Below, piece by piece: positions 48,189-57,538 of a stretch of 64,000 bases of DNA. The DNA comes from an uncultured Gemmatimonadaceae bacterium (GTDB taxonomy: Bacteria; Gemmatimonadota; Gemmatimonadetes; Gemmatimonadales; Gemmatimonadaceae): the NCBI GenBank assembly GCA_963761305.1, contig CAVXGK010000001.1, forward strand, positions 288,001 through 352,000, written 5' to 3'. Made by a program: the position numbers and the translations under genes. Numbering within the stretch: position 1 is the first letter of the stretch; the number at the start of each line of letters is the position of its first letter. The notes below the pieces were generated by a model. It did not search any database and was not told where the DNA came from. It saw only the letters and a list, made by a program, of their open reading frames with translations.

Positions 48189-48721
48189 CGGGCGCGCGCG
48201 AATCGCCGCCTCCCCGCCTGAACGCACGCACGCGCTCGCCGGGGCCCGTGATGATCCTTGGCGACGAATTTCTTTCCTTCGATGCGATTGTACGCCGCGA
48301 AGAACTGCTCGATTTGCTCGGTCACCGCGCCGGGCAAATCCGAGAGCCTCTTGACGTTCTCGTACAGCACGGAGGATGCGCCGACAGCGATCAACCGGTC
48401 GTTCTCCACGCGGGTTCCACGCTTGCTCGTCTGTTGCGCTTCGATCACACCGATGAGCCGCGCCGGCACGACAGTCCCAGTCGGGACCGATTCATCCAGC
48501 AGCAGGATCACGTCGAGCGGATCGCCATCGCCGCCGGTGGTCGACGGAATGAAGCCGAAATCGAACGGGAAGCTCATTCCTTCCGGCAACACCTTGCTGA
48601 CGACGAAGCAGCGTCGTTTGTCGTCGTAGTCGAGCTTCGTGCGGCTTCCCTTGGTGGTCTCGACCACCGCGGTGATAACGCCGTTCTCGCTCGAGATTTT
48701 CAACTTGCCTAGGTTCGTCAC
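48185..48721 (-). CDS. ppa: Family I inorganic pyrophosphatase
   Basis: VETTKGSRTK.DYD, FPFDFGFIPST.GGDGDPLDV, ENDRLIAV. Confidence 0.9.
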   Translation of the reverse strand: MTNLGKLKISSENGVITAVVETTKGSRTKLDYDDKRRCFVVSKVLPEGMSFPFDFGFIPSTTGGDGDPLDVILLLDESVPTGTVVPARLIGVIEAQQTSKRGTRVENDRLIAVGASSVLYENVKRLSDLPGAVTEQIEQFFAAYNRIEGKKFVAKDHHGPRRARACVQAGRRRFARAR

Positions 48722-48756
48722 AGCCGGGTCGGGTGGAAGACGATGCTATTGGGGGC

Positions 48757-49854
48757 TCAAGTTCCATGCCCCCGCGCGAACCACTCGAGCAGTCGATCTG
48801 AATCCCAGCAGTTGATCACGCGCTCCGCCGGGATTCCCGCGCGCCGCGCGTGCGCGATCGCGATCTCGGCGTTTCGCAGCTCGGGCGGTGAATGAGCGTC
48901 GCTGTCGAGCGCGAAGAGACACCCGGCGCTCAGCGCGTCGGCGGCCACCTCGAAGTCGACGTCCTGTCGCCACGGATCGCCGTCGATCTCGATCGCCACG
49001 TTGGCTTTCGCCGCCGCGGCGAACACCTCCGGCCAGTTCGCGCTCACGCCTGGGCGTTCGCCGTAGAGCCGCCCGCGCGGATGTCCAAGGATCCTCACGC
49101 GCGGCGTGTTCACCGCGGTGACCATGCGCGCCGTCTGATCGGCCGCCGAACGAAGACCCGAATGCGGCGCCACCAGCACGAACTCGAGGCGCTCCAGCTC
49201 CTCGGCCGTCATGTCCACCGAACCGTCGGCGCGAATGTTCGCCTCGATTCCCTTGAACAGACGAAACCGTCCGGCGTATCGCTCGTTCAACCCGTCGATC
49301 TCGGCGTGCTGCGTCGCCAGGTCGGCCATCGACACCCCGCGCGCGATCTTGAGGCCGTACGAGTGGTCCGTCACGCCGCAGAACGCGTATCCGCGCTCCA
49401 GGCCGCCGGCGACGATATCGTCGAGCATCTGCGATCCGTCGCTCCACGTCGAGTGCATCTGCAGATCGCCGCGATAGTCGTCGAGCGCGACAGCGCCGGG
49501 CGACTGACGCTCGAGCGTCTCGACCACTCGTGCCCGGCTCATGAAGTTCGCCCGCAACGCGCGCGCAGCCGCGACGTCCGCCGCGTGCTCGCTGTGTTCC
49601 ACGGCGTGCTCCACGAGCTCGGATCCGCCGGTGCGGAGAACCTCGAACACCACGCGCTCGGATTTGGGTCCGATCCCCGCGATCTTTCGCAGCGTGCCGT
49701 CGCCCTCGACGAACGACTCGACCGGCTGCTCGAGGTGCAGCACCGCGCTCGCCGCGCGCCGGTATCCCAACTCGGATTGTTTGGACGACTGCACAGCGGC
49801 GAGATCGCGCAGCAGCCCCGCGATCGTCGCGTTTGTATCGCCTCGCTCTTTCAT
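48757..49854 (-). CDS. PolX-related protein: N-terminal 8-kDa/HhH domain fused to a PHP domain, no polymerase palm
   Basis: N..IA.LL...YRRAA...IAGIGPKS; RGDLQMHSTWSDG, VTDHS, GIEANI, GHP.GR, DSDAH; 365 aa. Confidence 0.85.
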   Translation of the reverse strand: MKERGDTNATIAGLLRDLAAVQSSKQSELGYRRAASAVLHLEQPVESFVEGDGTLRKIAGIGPKSERVVFEVLRTGGSELVEHAVEHSEHAADVAAARALRANFMSRARVVETLERQSPGAVALDDYRGDLQMHSTWSDGSQMLDDIVAGGLERGYAFCGVTDHSYGLKIARGVSMADLATQHAEIDGLNERYAGRFRLFKGIEANIRADGSVDMTAEELERLEFVLVAPHSGLRSAADQTARMVTAVNTPRVRILGHPRGRLYGERPGVSANWPEVFAAAAKANVAIEIDGDPWRQDVDFEVAADALSAGCLFALDSDAHSPPELRNAEIAIAHARRAGIPAERVINCWDSDRLLEWFARGHGT

Positions 49855-49971
49855 CAGAAGCTCCTGCATCCCGGTTGCGACTTTCGCGCCTGAGGCCGAA
49901 ACCCGTCGCTCGGCGCGAAAACTGGAACGCGTTTTGACTCTCCTGCTCGGCATCTCGAGTGGAGGGTCACC

Positions 49972-50202
49972 ATGCCGGCACGTACAAAGTCAGCCTCCCG
50001 CCGTCGGAGCGGAGGCAAAAAATACAGCAGTGGCGCGGGCAAGCGCGTCGAGAGCGCCATGCGCCGCCGTAAACATGGAACGCTGCGTCGCGGAAAGAGT
50101 GGGCACGGCGGCAAGGTAACGAGCCGCAAGCAGGCGATCGCCATCGGACTTTCCGAAGCGCGAAAGAAGGGCGCCAAGGTCCCGCGAAAGCGCAGCCGAT
50201 AG
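49972..50202 (+). CDS. Small very basic protein (DUF6496-like)
   Basis: VESAM...K.GTLR.GKSG..GKVTSRKQAIAIGLSEARKKGAKVP; GGAGG RBS. Confidence 0.88.
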   Translation: MPARTKSASRRRSGGKKYSSGAGKRVESAMRRRKHGTLRRGKSGHGGKVTSRKQAIAIGLSEARKKGAKVPRKRSR

Positions 50203-50225
50203 TTCGCGCATTAATGGCTCGTTCG

Positions 50226-50270
50226 GAGCAGTCGGACGTTTGAAGTCAGGCGCCAGACGTCCGACTGCTC
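50226..50270. terminator. Strong hairpin after the DUF6496 gene
   Basis: GAGCAGTCGGACGT (50226-50239) pairs with ACGTCCGACTGCTC (50257-50270); no clear U-tract. Confidence 0.55.
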
Positions 50271-50647
50271 ACGCGGGAACGCCAAGCGAGAAGCCGAAGG
50301 CACGACGGTGAAACGGCGGAGGGTGCCGCATCCTGAGTGACGGCACGCCCTCGGCCACGGTCCCGCCCGACTCGTTGCCGACGCTCGCCTTCTCAGCGCC
50401 TTCTCACCGCCGGCTCATTCCAATTTTGGCATGAGCGCCCCAAAACTGGCGCTCGGCTGGTGTGGTTACGGACCCGTGTGCCAGCGCGTCTTACGTACGC
50501 CGGTTTGCGCGTCGCGGCCAACGTCGCCGGGTGACGCCGCGTTTCACAGAGGGAGCCGTCCGAACTCTGGACCGTCCGCCGGTGTCACAGGGGAGTGGCC
50601 CACCCACTCCAAATCCCCGCCCCGCCCTTTCCCACCCCGCGTTTCTA

Positions 50648-53110
50648 ATGTCCCGCATAATGTCCGCTGCAGTTCTTGCCACACTGTTCGCTTTCGAACA
50701 GGCGTCCGGCCAGGCTCCCAAGCCCGCTCATCCCGCCGCAGGGCCGGGTGAGATTCGCGGCCACCTGATCGATTCGGCCAGCGGACGCGCCCTCGGCACC
50801 GGTTCCATCGCCGTCCGCCGCGTCGGCGATTCCACGTTCGTCACCGGCGCGCTGCCCAAGGAAGACGGCTCGTTCCAGGTGACCGGACTCCAGGCCGGGC
50901 GCTACACGCTTCGCGTCCGCGCGATCGGCTTTGGGCCCGTCGTCCGCAATGACGTCGCGATCACCGCCGCGCACCCCATCGTCGACGTCGGCGCCATCGG
51001 CCTCACCGTCGTCGCCACCAAGCTCGAGGCGACCGAGACCGTGGCCGAGCGGGAGGACGTCGTGCTCTCGCCGGACCGCACGAGCTACAGCGTCAAGAAC
51101 ATGCCCGTCGCCAGCGGCGGCACGGCAGTTGACGTACTGCGCAACATTCCGCTCGTCGAGGTCGACGGATCGAACAACGTCAGCCTCCGCGGCAACGCGA
51201 ACGTCGTCATTCAAATCAACGGCCGGTCGACGCCGCTCAAGGGTGACCAGCTCGGCGCGTTCCTCGCCCAGCTTCCCGCGGGCACGGTCAAGAACGTCGA
51301 GGTGGCGACGAATCCGTCGGCCAAGGACGACCCCGAAGGCACCGCCGGCATCATCAACATCGTTCTCAATCAGGAAGCCGAGCTCGGCCTGAGCGGCGGC
51401 GTCAATGCGGGCACCGCCTCCACCGGCATGATGAGCGGCGGCGGAAACGTCGGCAAGCAGCAAGGCAAGCTCACCGTGTTCGCATCGGGGAACATCTACC
51501 ACGACGAGCGCGCGACGTCGGGCACCATCTCGCGCACGAATCTTCTCATCCCCATTCCGGCGTTCACCGAGACCCAGCTCGCCGGCAAGCAGTCGCCGGT
51601 CTCCGGCGGCGGTACGGTGCGCACCGAATATCGCTTCACCAACCGCAACGTTCTCTCGTTCGACGGATTCTTCTACGGTGGCCGCTTCGGCGGCGACCAG
51701 TCGTCGGACTACACGGATCTCGACACGACGCACGCGATCATCGGCCTCTTCGACCAGGCGTCGTCGCAGATCTCGCGCAACGTCTCGCAGGACTACGACA
51801 TCGCTTTCCGTCGGTTCGCCGACAAGAACCAGCCGCTCTTCTCGACGGAATTCGAGTACTCGAACACAAACTCCACCGCCAACATCGATCTTTCGGGCAA
51901 CGTGGTCCGTGCCGACGCGTCCACGCCGCTCGCGATTCCCACGGAGCACGACCGCACGGTCGGCCGCTATCCCTATCTCAACTGGAAGTCCGACTACACG
52001 GGCGTGTTCGGCGGCGGTACGAAGCTCGAGATGGGACTCAAGGGCACACGTCGCACGACGACCAACGACTTCGACGCGGCCTATGCCGACAGCACCGGCG
52101 AGTTCGTGTCCGATCCGTCGCGCCGCACGGCGTTCGACTACCACGAGGACATCGGCTCGGGATACGCGCTGCTGTCGAACAAATTCGACAAGGTGCAGAC
52201 GCAGGCTGGCCTTCGCCTCGAGGACGCGGCCACCTACCTCGATCTCACCACCGTCGACGAGCAATACGATCGGCGTTACGCCAGCACTTACCCGAGCGCG
52301 ATCGCCTCGTACAACTTCACGCCGCTCCGCTCGGCGCGCATCAGCTATTCACGCCGCGTGAGCCGACCGAATCCCTATCAGCTGAGCCCAATCGAGTTCC
52401 GCCAGGATTCGCGCAACGTCTTCTATGGAAATCCCGCGCTTCGCGCCGAGTATACCGATGCGATCGAGCTCGGCTACCAGGAAGCCCGCAGCTGGGGATC
52501 GATCCAGCTGAATCCGTATCTCCGCAGCACGCAGCACGCCGTGCGCAACATCCAATTCGTCGACTCGATCGGCGAGTCGGTGAGCACGTATGACAACGTC
52601 GCCAGCACGGTCAGCATCGGCACTGACTTGAACGTCAACGCGCACGCCGGCCCGTTCCAGCTGGGCGGCGGCGGAAGCATCTACCACTACAAGAGCGACG
52701 CGTCGAATCTCGCCGGCAACCTCTCGGCGCAAGCGATGGTATGGTCCGCGCGGACCAATATGACGTGGAAGGTTTCCCCCAAGACCGACGCACAATTGTT
52801 CGCCTTCTACCGAGCGCCGTACGCGACCGAAGGCGGCTCTCAGCTCGCGTCGGTGTCGATGAACCTGGCCGGCCGATACAAGATCTGGGGCGACCAGGGC
52901 AACATCTCGCTCCGCGTCTCCGATCCGTTCAAACTGCAGAAATACGGATACCGGACGGCGAACGGAACGGTCGTCGAATACAGCGAGCGGTTCTTCGGGT
53001 CGCGCGCGATCTTCCTCACGGTGACGCGCAACTTCGGGCAGGCGATCAAGCTGCAGCCGAAGCAGGCGGACCCGGATGCGCAGGCGCAAACGGGACCGCC
53101 GGGGGCCTAA
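50648..53110 (+). CDS. TonB-dependent receptor-like outer-membrane beta-barrel with N-terminal carboxypeptidase-regulatory-like domain
   Basis: Signal peptide; plug GGTAVDVLRNIP..EVD, VEVATNPSAKDDPEGTAGIINI; SYSRRVSRP, GNPALRAEYTD. Confidence 0.9.
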   Translation: MSRIMSAAVLATLFAFEQASGQAPKPAHPAAGPGEIRGHLIDSASGRALGTGSIAVRRVGDSTFVTGALPKEDGSFQVTGLQAGRYTLRVRAIGFGPVVRNDVAITAAHPIVDVGAIGLTVVATKLEATETVAEREDVVLSPDRTSYSVKNMPVASGGTAVDVLRNIPLVEVDGSNNVSLRGNANVVIQINGRSTPLKGDQLGAFLAQLPAGTVKNVEVATNPSAKDDPEGTAGIINIVLNQEAELGLSGGVNAGTASTGMMSGGGNVGKQQGKLTVFASGNIYHDERATSGTISRTNLLIPIPAFTETQLAGKQSPVSGGGTVRTEYRFTNRNVLSFDGFFYGGRFGGDQSSDYTDLDTTHAIIGLFDQASSQISRNVSQDYDIAFRRFADKNQPLFSTEFEYSNTNSTANIDLSGNVVRADASTPLAIPTEHDRTVGRYPYLNWKSDYTGVFGGGTKLEMGLKGTRRTTTNDFDAAYADSTGEFVSDPSRRTAFDYHEDIGSGYALLSNKFDKVQTQAGLRLEDAATYLDLTTVDEQYDRRYASTYPSAIASYNFTPLRSARISYSRRVSRPNPYQLSPIEFRQDSRNVFYGNPALRAEYTDAIELGYQEARSWGSIQLNPYLRSTQHAVRNIQFVDSIGESVSTYDNVASTVSIGTDLNVNAHAGPFQLGGGGSIYHYKSDASNLAGNLSAQAMVWSARTNMTWKVSPKTDAQLFAFYRAPYATEGGSQLASVSMNLAGRYKIWGDQGNISLRVSDPFKLQKYGYRTANGTVVEYSERFFGSRAIFLTVTRNFGQAIKLQPKQADPDAQAQTGPPGA

Positions 53111-53124
53111 GCGTCACTGCGGGG

Positions 53125-53424
53125 CTATGCGCCTTTGACGGCGAGAATCTCCGGCTTCTCGATCGAGGGCGGCTTCGCGAACAGTTCTTCGGCCTTGGCG
53201 AACAGCGCCTTCGCGATGTCGCCGCCCAGGTGCGCGTCCCGGCCCGCCTGATCGGCGAACGTATCGAAAATTCCGAACTTCGACGGCCCGAGCTTTAGCG
53301 CGTACCAACGGTTCGTGGCCGGTTCGGCCTGCGCCATCGGCAACGCCGATTTCAAAAAGGTCTCGACTTCTCTCTCTTTGCCGGGTTTTGCCTCGAGCAC
53401 GGCGAGGATTGCGAGCTGCTCCAT
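53125..53424 (-). CDS. Antibiotic biosynthesis monooxygenase (ABM) family protein
   Basis: LEAKPGKE.EVE.FL, EPAT..WYALKLGPSKFGIFDTF.D..GRDAHL.G; AGGAG RBS. Confidence 0.88.
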   Translation of the reverse strand: MEQLAILAVLEAKPGKEREVETFLKSALPMAQAEPATNRWYALKLGPSKFGIFDTFADQAGRDAHLGGDIAKALFAKAEELFAKPPSIEKPEILAVKGA

Positions 53425-53488
53425 GCGATCTCCTGATCGACGAGTCGGGCTCCAATCCGTGCAATGTGCAGTCCGTTCCCTGACGGAC

Positions 53489-54229
53489 TCAGCGTTGTTC
53501 GACTCCAAAGGCCGTCATAAGCCCACGTCGTCCGGCGACGGTGACTGACAGTGCACGCCCGTCACGATCGCGGGAGACCCATCGCCGATCGAGCGCCACT
53601 TCCAACAGCGCCGCGCCTAGCGCTCCGCCGAGGTGCGGCCGGCGCTCGCTCCAGTCGACGCACGCAAACGCGAATCGGCGACGCCGCGAGCGGAGTTCGG
53701 CGACGTCGACGCCGAGCGCGCCGAGAGCGCGCTCACCCTTTGGCGTCAGGTCGTATTCGTCGACGTTCTTCTTTGTAGTGGCCGTCCACCCGTCCACTCG
53801 TCCACCTGTCCGCCCGTCCGACAGCCAGCCGAGCGTCATGAGGCGGTCGTGCAGCGCCACGCCAAGTTCGCCGGCGATGTGATCGTAGCACGAACGCGCG
53901 GCTCGCAGATGATGCGGCGTGCGCGTCTCGAGCGTGTCGGTCGAGAACCCAGCGAGGACGCTCAACGATTCCATGACCTCGGCCACGTCCGTGCTGGCGA
54001 GGCTGTAGTAGCGACGCTTCCCCTGCGCGAGGACGCGGACCAGGTGCTCATCCTTCAGTCGGGCGAGGTGCGCGCTCGCCGTCGCGGGCGTGACGTCGCC
54101 GACGAGAGCCAACTCGGTCGCCGTGCGTGCGCGGCCGTCCATCAGGCAGTAGAGCATGCGGGCTCGTGCCGGCTCGCCGATCGCCGCCGCGATGCGCGAG
54201 GCGCGCTGCTCGGATCGATCCGCATTCAT
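53489..54229 (-). CDS. ArsR-family regulator with C-terminal extension; carries an in-frame 8-bp-unit repeat
   Basis: IGEPARARML..LMDGRARTATELA, ASAHLARL, ARSCYDHIAG.LGV, CVDWSERRPHLGGALG. Confidence 0.9.
   Translation of the reverse strand: MNADRSEQRASRIAAAIGEPARARMLYCLMDGRARTATELALVGDVTPATASAHLARLKDEHLVRVLAQGKRRYYSLASTDVAEVMESLSVLAGFSTDTLETRTPHHLRAARSCYDHIAGELGVALHDRLMTLGWLSDGRTGGRVDGWTATTKKNVDEYDLTPKGERALGALGVDVAELRSRRRRFAFACVDWSERRPHLGGALGAALLEVALDRRWVSRDRDGRALSVTVAGRRGLMTAFGVEQR
53784..53822. repeat. 8-bp tandem repeat, about 5 units, inside the ArsR CDS
   Basis: GTCCACCC-GTCCACTC-GTCCACCT-GTCCGCCC-GTCCGAC; encodes SDGRTGGRVDGWT. Confidence 0.85.
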
Positions 54230-54230
54230 A

Positions 54231-54248
54231 CTTCGATGGTAGACGAAG
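54231..54248. promoter_or_regulatory. Palindrome next to the arsR start, likely its operator
   Basis: CTTCG-atggtaga-CGAAG between divergent arsR and NIPSNAP genes. Confidence 0.55.
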
Positions 54249-54280
54249 CGTAGCCGTCGAGCAAGTGGCATCCTGAGAGC

Positions 54281-54757
54281 ATGCCACACGACGACCGGTC
54301 GGACGCGCCAATGGGCAGGCGGGATTCGATCCACTCCCTCGCTGCGATCGCGGCCGCCTTTGCCGCACTTCCTAAGTCAACGGTATCGCCGATGCCAGAA
54401 GCGCGATCCCTCGCAATCGCCTGTTTCATCCGCTATCAGATCGATCCATTTCAGCTCGACGCCTTCCGCCAGTATGCACAAGCCTGGGGAACAATCATCC
54501 CGCGTTGCGGCGGCCACCTCATCGGCTATTTCACACCGCACGAGGGCACGAACGACGTCGCGTGGGGGCTCATCGCGTTCGACAGCCTCGCTTCGTACGA
54601 GCGATACCGAGGTCGGATCAAGGCGGATCCCGACGCCCGCGCCAACCTCGCGATGGCGCAGGCGAAACGCCTGATTCTTCGTGAAGAGCGCAACTTCGTC
54701 GCGATGGTCGACGGAACATTCGAAAAGCCGTCGACCCTACCCGCCCCGTCGTCTTGA
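54281..54757 (+). CDS. NIPSNAP-family protein (start uncertain: 54281, 54311 or later)
   Basis: [51 protein letters not shown]. Confidence 0.88.
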   Translation: MPHDDRSDAPMGRRDSIHSLAAIAAAFAALPKSTVSPMPEARSLAIACFIRYQIDPFQLDAFRQYAQAWGTIIPRCGGHLIGYFTPHEGTNDVAWGLIAFDSLASYERYRGRIKADPDARANLAMAQAKRLILREERNFVAMVDGTFEKPSTLPAPSS

Positions 54758-54802
54758 GAAAGCAATGGATAGGGCCGGTGCGGGAGCATGGTGAGTGCCC
54801 GC

Positions 54803-57427
54803 TCAGTCGTGCCGGAGCGCCGTCGTCGGATCGATCGCCGACGCGCGACGCGATGGGATCAACGCGGCAACGAGACACACGCCGAGGACGCAGAACGCCG
54901 CGCCGATGAACGCCGCGACGTCGAACGTCGGTACGCCAGGCACGTTGGCGGCGATCACCCGCGCCAGCGCGAGCGCCAGCGCGGCCCCGATGGCCACGCC
55001 CATCGTCGCATGCTTGAACGACCGATCCATCACGAGACGTAGCACGTCGGCGGTCGTCGCCCCGAGGGCGATGCGAATTCCAATCTCCTTGGTGCGCTGG
55101 CCGACGAGATACGCCACCACGCCGTACACGCCGACTACCGTCAGTCCGAGCGCGATCAACCCGAGACCCGCGGCGACCCAGTACGCGGCGCGAAACGGGT
55201 AGACACCAGCCGCGACGAAGGTCTCGAGCCGATCGATCCGGTCGACCGCGCCGGGCGCGAGCCGTTCGAGCTCCGCGTCGAGCGCTCGCTTCGCCCCGTC
55301 GGGATCGCCGCGTACGCGCGCGAGAAGGCAGCAGCCGTTGCCCTCGACGGGCATCGGAAAGTAGAGGACCGATGCGTCCTTGCCATTCTCGAGCGACTGG
55401 ACGACGACGTCCCGAGCGACGCCGATCACGCGCGCGCCCTGATAACGGGAAATGGGATCGATGGCGGTGGCGCTGCTGCTCAGCGCGAGATGCAGCGATC
55501 GCCCCAGCGGATTCTGGTTGGGCCAGAGCCGCCGCGCCGCAACCTCGCTGACGATCACCACCGGCGCAGCGCCGTCTTCGTCGGAACGCGTGAACGCGCG
55601 TCCGGCCGCCACGCCGATCTGCAACACGTCGAAGTACGCTGCCGACACCCGGTTGTAGCTCGCGTCGATCGTCGTCGCCGCACCGTCGGGGTTGACGGCG
55701 ACGGACGGGAATTTCATGTCGAGCGGGAGCGCTGCGCTCGCCGCCAGCGTGTCCACGATGCGACTCGATGCGAGCACGCTCAACACCCGCGCGCGCGTCC
55801 TGGCCCCCGTTTCGATCGACACGACGTCGCGTGTTCGAAGGCCGGTATCGCTACGGCCGAGTCGCGCCGCCTCGCGGAGCAGCACGGCCGCCGTGATGAG
55901 GAGCAGCGACGATGCCGCCACCTGACCGATGATGAACGTTCCTCGCCGACGCGTCGACGACCCACCGTCTCCGAAATCGCCGCGCGTCGCTTGCACCACG
56001 CTGAGTCGAGTCGCCTTGAGCGAGGGGGCGAGTCCGCACAAAATGGCCGCTCCAAGCGTCGCGACCATGGCGAACGTCGCGACGCGCCAATCCGGTGCAA
56101 GCGATACAAAACGCACAAACGGGGCGAGGTCGGCCGGTAGTGTCGCGAACAAGGCTCGCACGCCAGCGGTGACGATCGCCCACGCGAGCACGAACCCCAT
56201 CGCCGCCGCCGGAAGTGTCTGGACGACGCTCTCGGTGATCAGCTGTCGAATCAGCCGCGCGCGCGCCGCGCCTAGCGCCAGTCGAATGCCGAGCTCGCGA
56301 CGCCGTTCGATGCCGCGCGCCAGCAGGATGTTGGCGACGTTCGCGCACGCCAACACGAGGATCAGACCGAAGGACACAATCAGCGGCGCAAACTCGGCGT
56401 ACGACTTGACCGATTGCGGCATCGGCGTCGACCGCGACTCGAAGAACACGCGGGCGACTCGTCCGCTGTCCGGCCGACTCACTGTCGTCGTCTGCAATAC
56501 CGAGGCAACCACCGCCCTCCCCTGCGCCGCCGACTCGCCCTGCGCGACGCGCGCGATCATCGAAACCGGCTCCCCGGCCGCCGAGGCCGTCGAGTCCAGC
56601 GCGTGAAGCATGGCCAGCGGCACCCAGAAATCGCGGGGCTTCTTGAACAGGCCAACGAAGCCCGGCTGCGCGACGCCGATCACCTGGGCGAAGACGCCCC
56701 GCAGCAGAACACGACGGCCAATGACGCTGGAATCGGTATCGAATCGCGTGCGCCATGCCCCGTCGCTCAGCACGACGACGGGCAACGACGCGTCCGCGGG
56801 AGAAAACGTTCGCCCGAGCGCCGCGCGAACGCCGAGCAGGTTGAAGAAGTTCTCACCGACCGCCTCGCCCGTGGCCGACGCGTCGCCGAGCCGCACCGCG
56901 AACGGCCGATACGCGACGACGTCGGACAGCACACCGTTCGGGCGTCGCAGCAGCTCGACGTCGCTTTGGCTGAAGTCGTGGTAATGCCCCGAGCGATCCA
57001 TCCAGTTGACCGCGTACAGCGACGACGCATCGCGGACGTTGAACGGTCGGAGGACGTAGGCGTCGAAGATGGTGAACGCGCTCGCGCTCAGCCCAACACC
57101 CAGCCCAATCGTCAGGGCGAGAGATGCCGCAAGCACTGGCGCACGGACGATCCCACGGATCGCGTAGCGAACGTCGTGGAACGCCTCCTCGAGGAGCCGA
57201 ACCCGGCGCACGTCGCGCGCGTCTTCTTTTATGGTTTCGACCCCGCCAAAAGCCAGTCGGGCCTGACGCAACGCCTCGTCGCGGGGGACTCCAGCGCGTT
57301 CGAGCTTGTCCGCCTCGCGCTCCACGTGGAACCGCAGCTCGTCGTCGAGCTCGTGCTCCATCGCCCCCCGGCTGAACAGGGCGCGCGATTGGTACCGGAG
57401 GCTGCTCCAGAATTCGTGGGGCGTCAT
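54803..57427 (-). CDS. ADOP-type duplicated orphan ABC permease (MacB/FtsX x2)
   Basis: ELDDELRFHVE...AR.AFGG, LACANVANILLARG..RRRELGIRLALGA, QRTKEIGIRIALGA, IDPTTALRHD. Confidence 0.92.
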   Translation of the reverse strand: MTPHEFWSSLRYQSRALFSRGAMEHELDDELRFHVEREADKLERAGVPRDEALRQARLAFGGVETIKEDARDVRRVRLLEEAFHDVRYAIRGIVRAPVLAASLALTIGLGVGLSASAFTIFDAYVLRPFNVRDASSLYAVNWMDRSGHYHDFSQSDVELLRRPNGVLSDVVAYRPFAVRLGDASATGEAVGENFFNLLGVRAALGRTFSPADASLPVVVLSDGAWRTRFDTDSSVIGRRVLLRGVFAQVIGVAQPGFVGLFKKPRDFWVPLAMLHALDSTASAAGEPVSMIARVAQGESAAQGRAVVASVLQTTTVSRPDSGRVARVFFESRSTPMPQSVKSYAEFAPLIVSFGLILVLACANVANILLARGIERRRELGIRLALGAARARLIRQLITESVVQTLPAAAMGFVLAWAIVTAGVRALFATLPADLAPFVRFVSLAPDWRVATFAMVATLGAAILCGLAPSLKATRLSVVQATRGDFGDGGSSTRRRGTFIIGQVAASSLLLITAAVLLREAARLGRSDTGLRTRDVVSIETGARTRARVLSVLASSRIVDTLAASAALPLDMKFPSVAVNPDGAATTIDASYNRVSAAYFDVLQIGVAAGRAFTRSDEDGAAPVVIVSEVAARRLWPNQNPLGRSLHLALSSSATAIDPISRYQGARVIGVARDVVVQSLENGKDASVLYFPMPVEGNGCCLLARVRGDPDGAKRALDAELERLAPGAVDRIDRLETFVAAGVYPFRAAYWVAAGLGLIALGLTVVGVYGVVAYLVGQRTKEIGIRIALGATTADVLRLVMDRSFKHATMGVAIGAALALALARVIAANVPGVPTFDVAAFIGAAFCVLGVCLVAALIPSRRASAIDPTTALRHD

Positions 57428-57436
57428 CGCCTGCTC

Positions 57437-57493
57437 TCCCCTTTGGCTTCTACACGACGAAGGTATCGTCCCTCTTGTAGAAGTGCAAGGGGA
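57437..57493. promoter_or_regulatory. Nested inverted repeat between the permease and padR; candidate PadR operator
   Basis: TCCCCTT/AAGGGGA, CTTCTACA/TGTAGAAG and GACGA/TCGTC arms. Confidence 0.5.
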
Positions 57494-57538
57494 ATCCCGC
57501 CGCCCAACCCTTTTGTCGTATCGGATGTCTATACGAGC

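Noticed and set aside
50275..50400. Cobalamin riboswitch upstream of the TonB-type receptor
   Set aside because: GGGAA and GGTGAAA occur, but I found no B12-box or GCCCCCGC/ACTGT-type elements in the right order.
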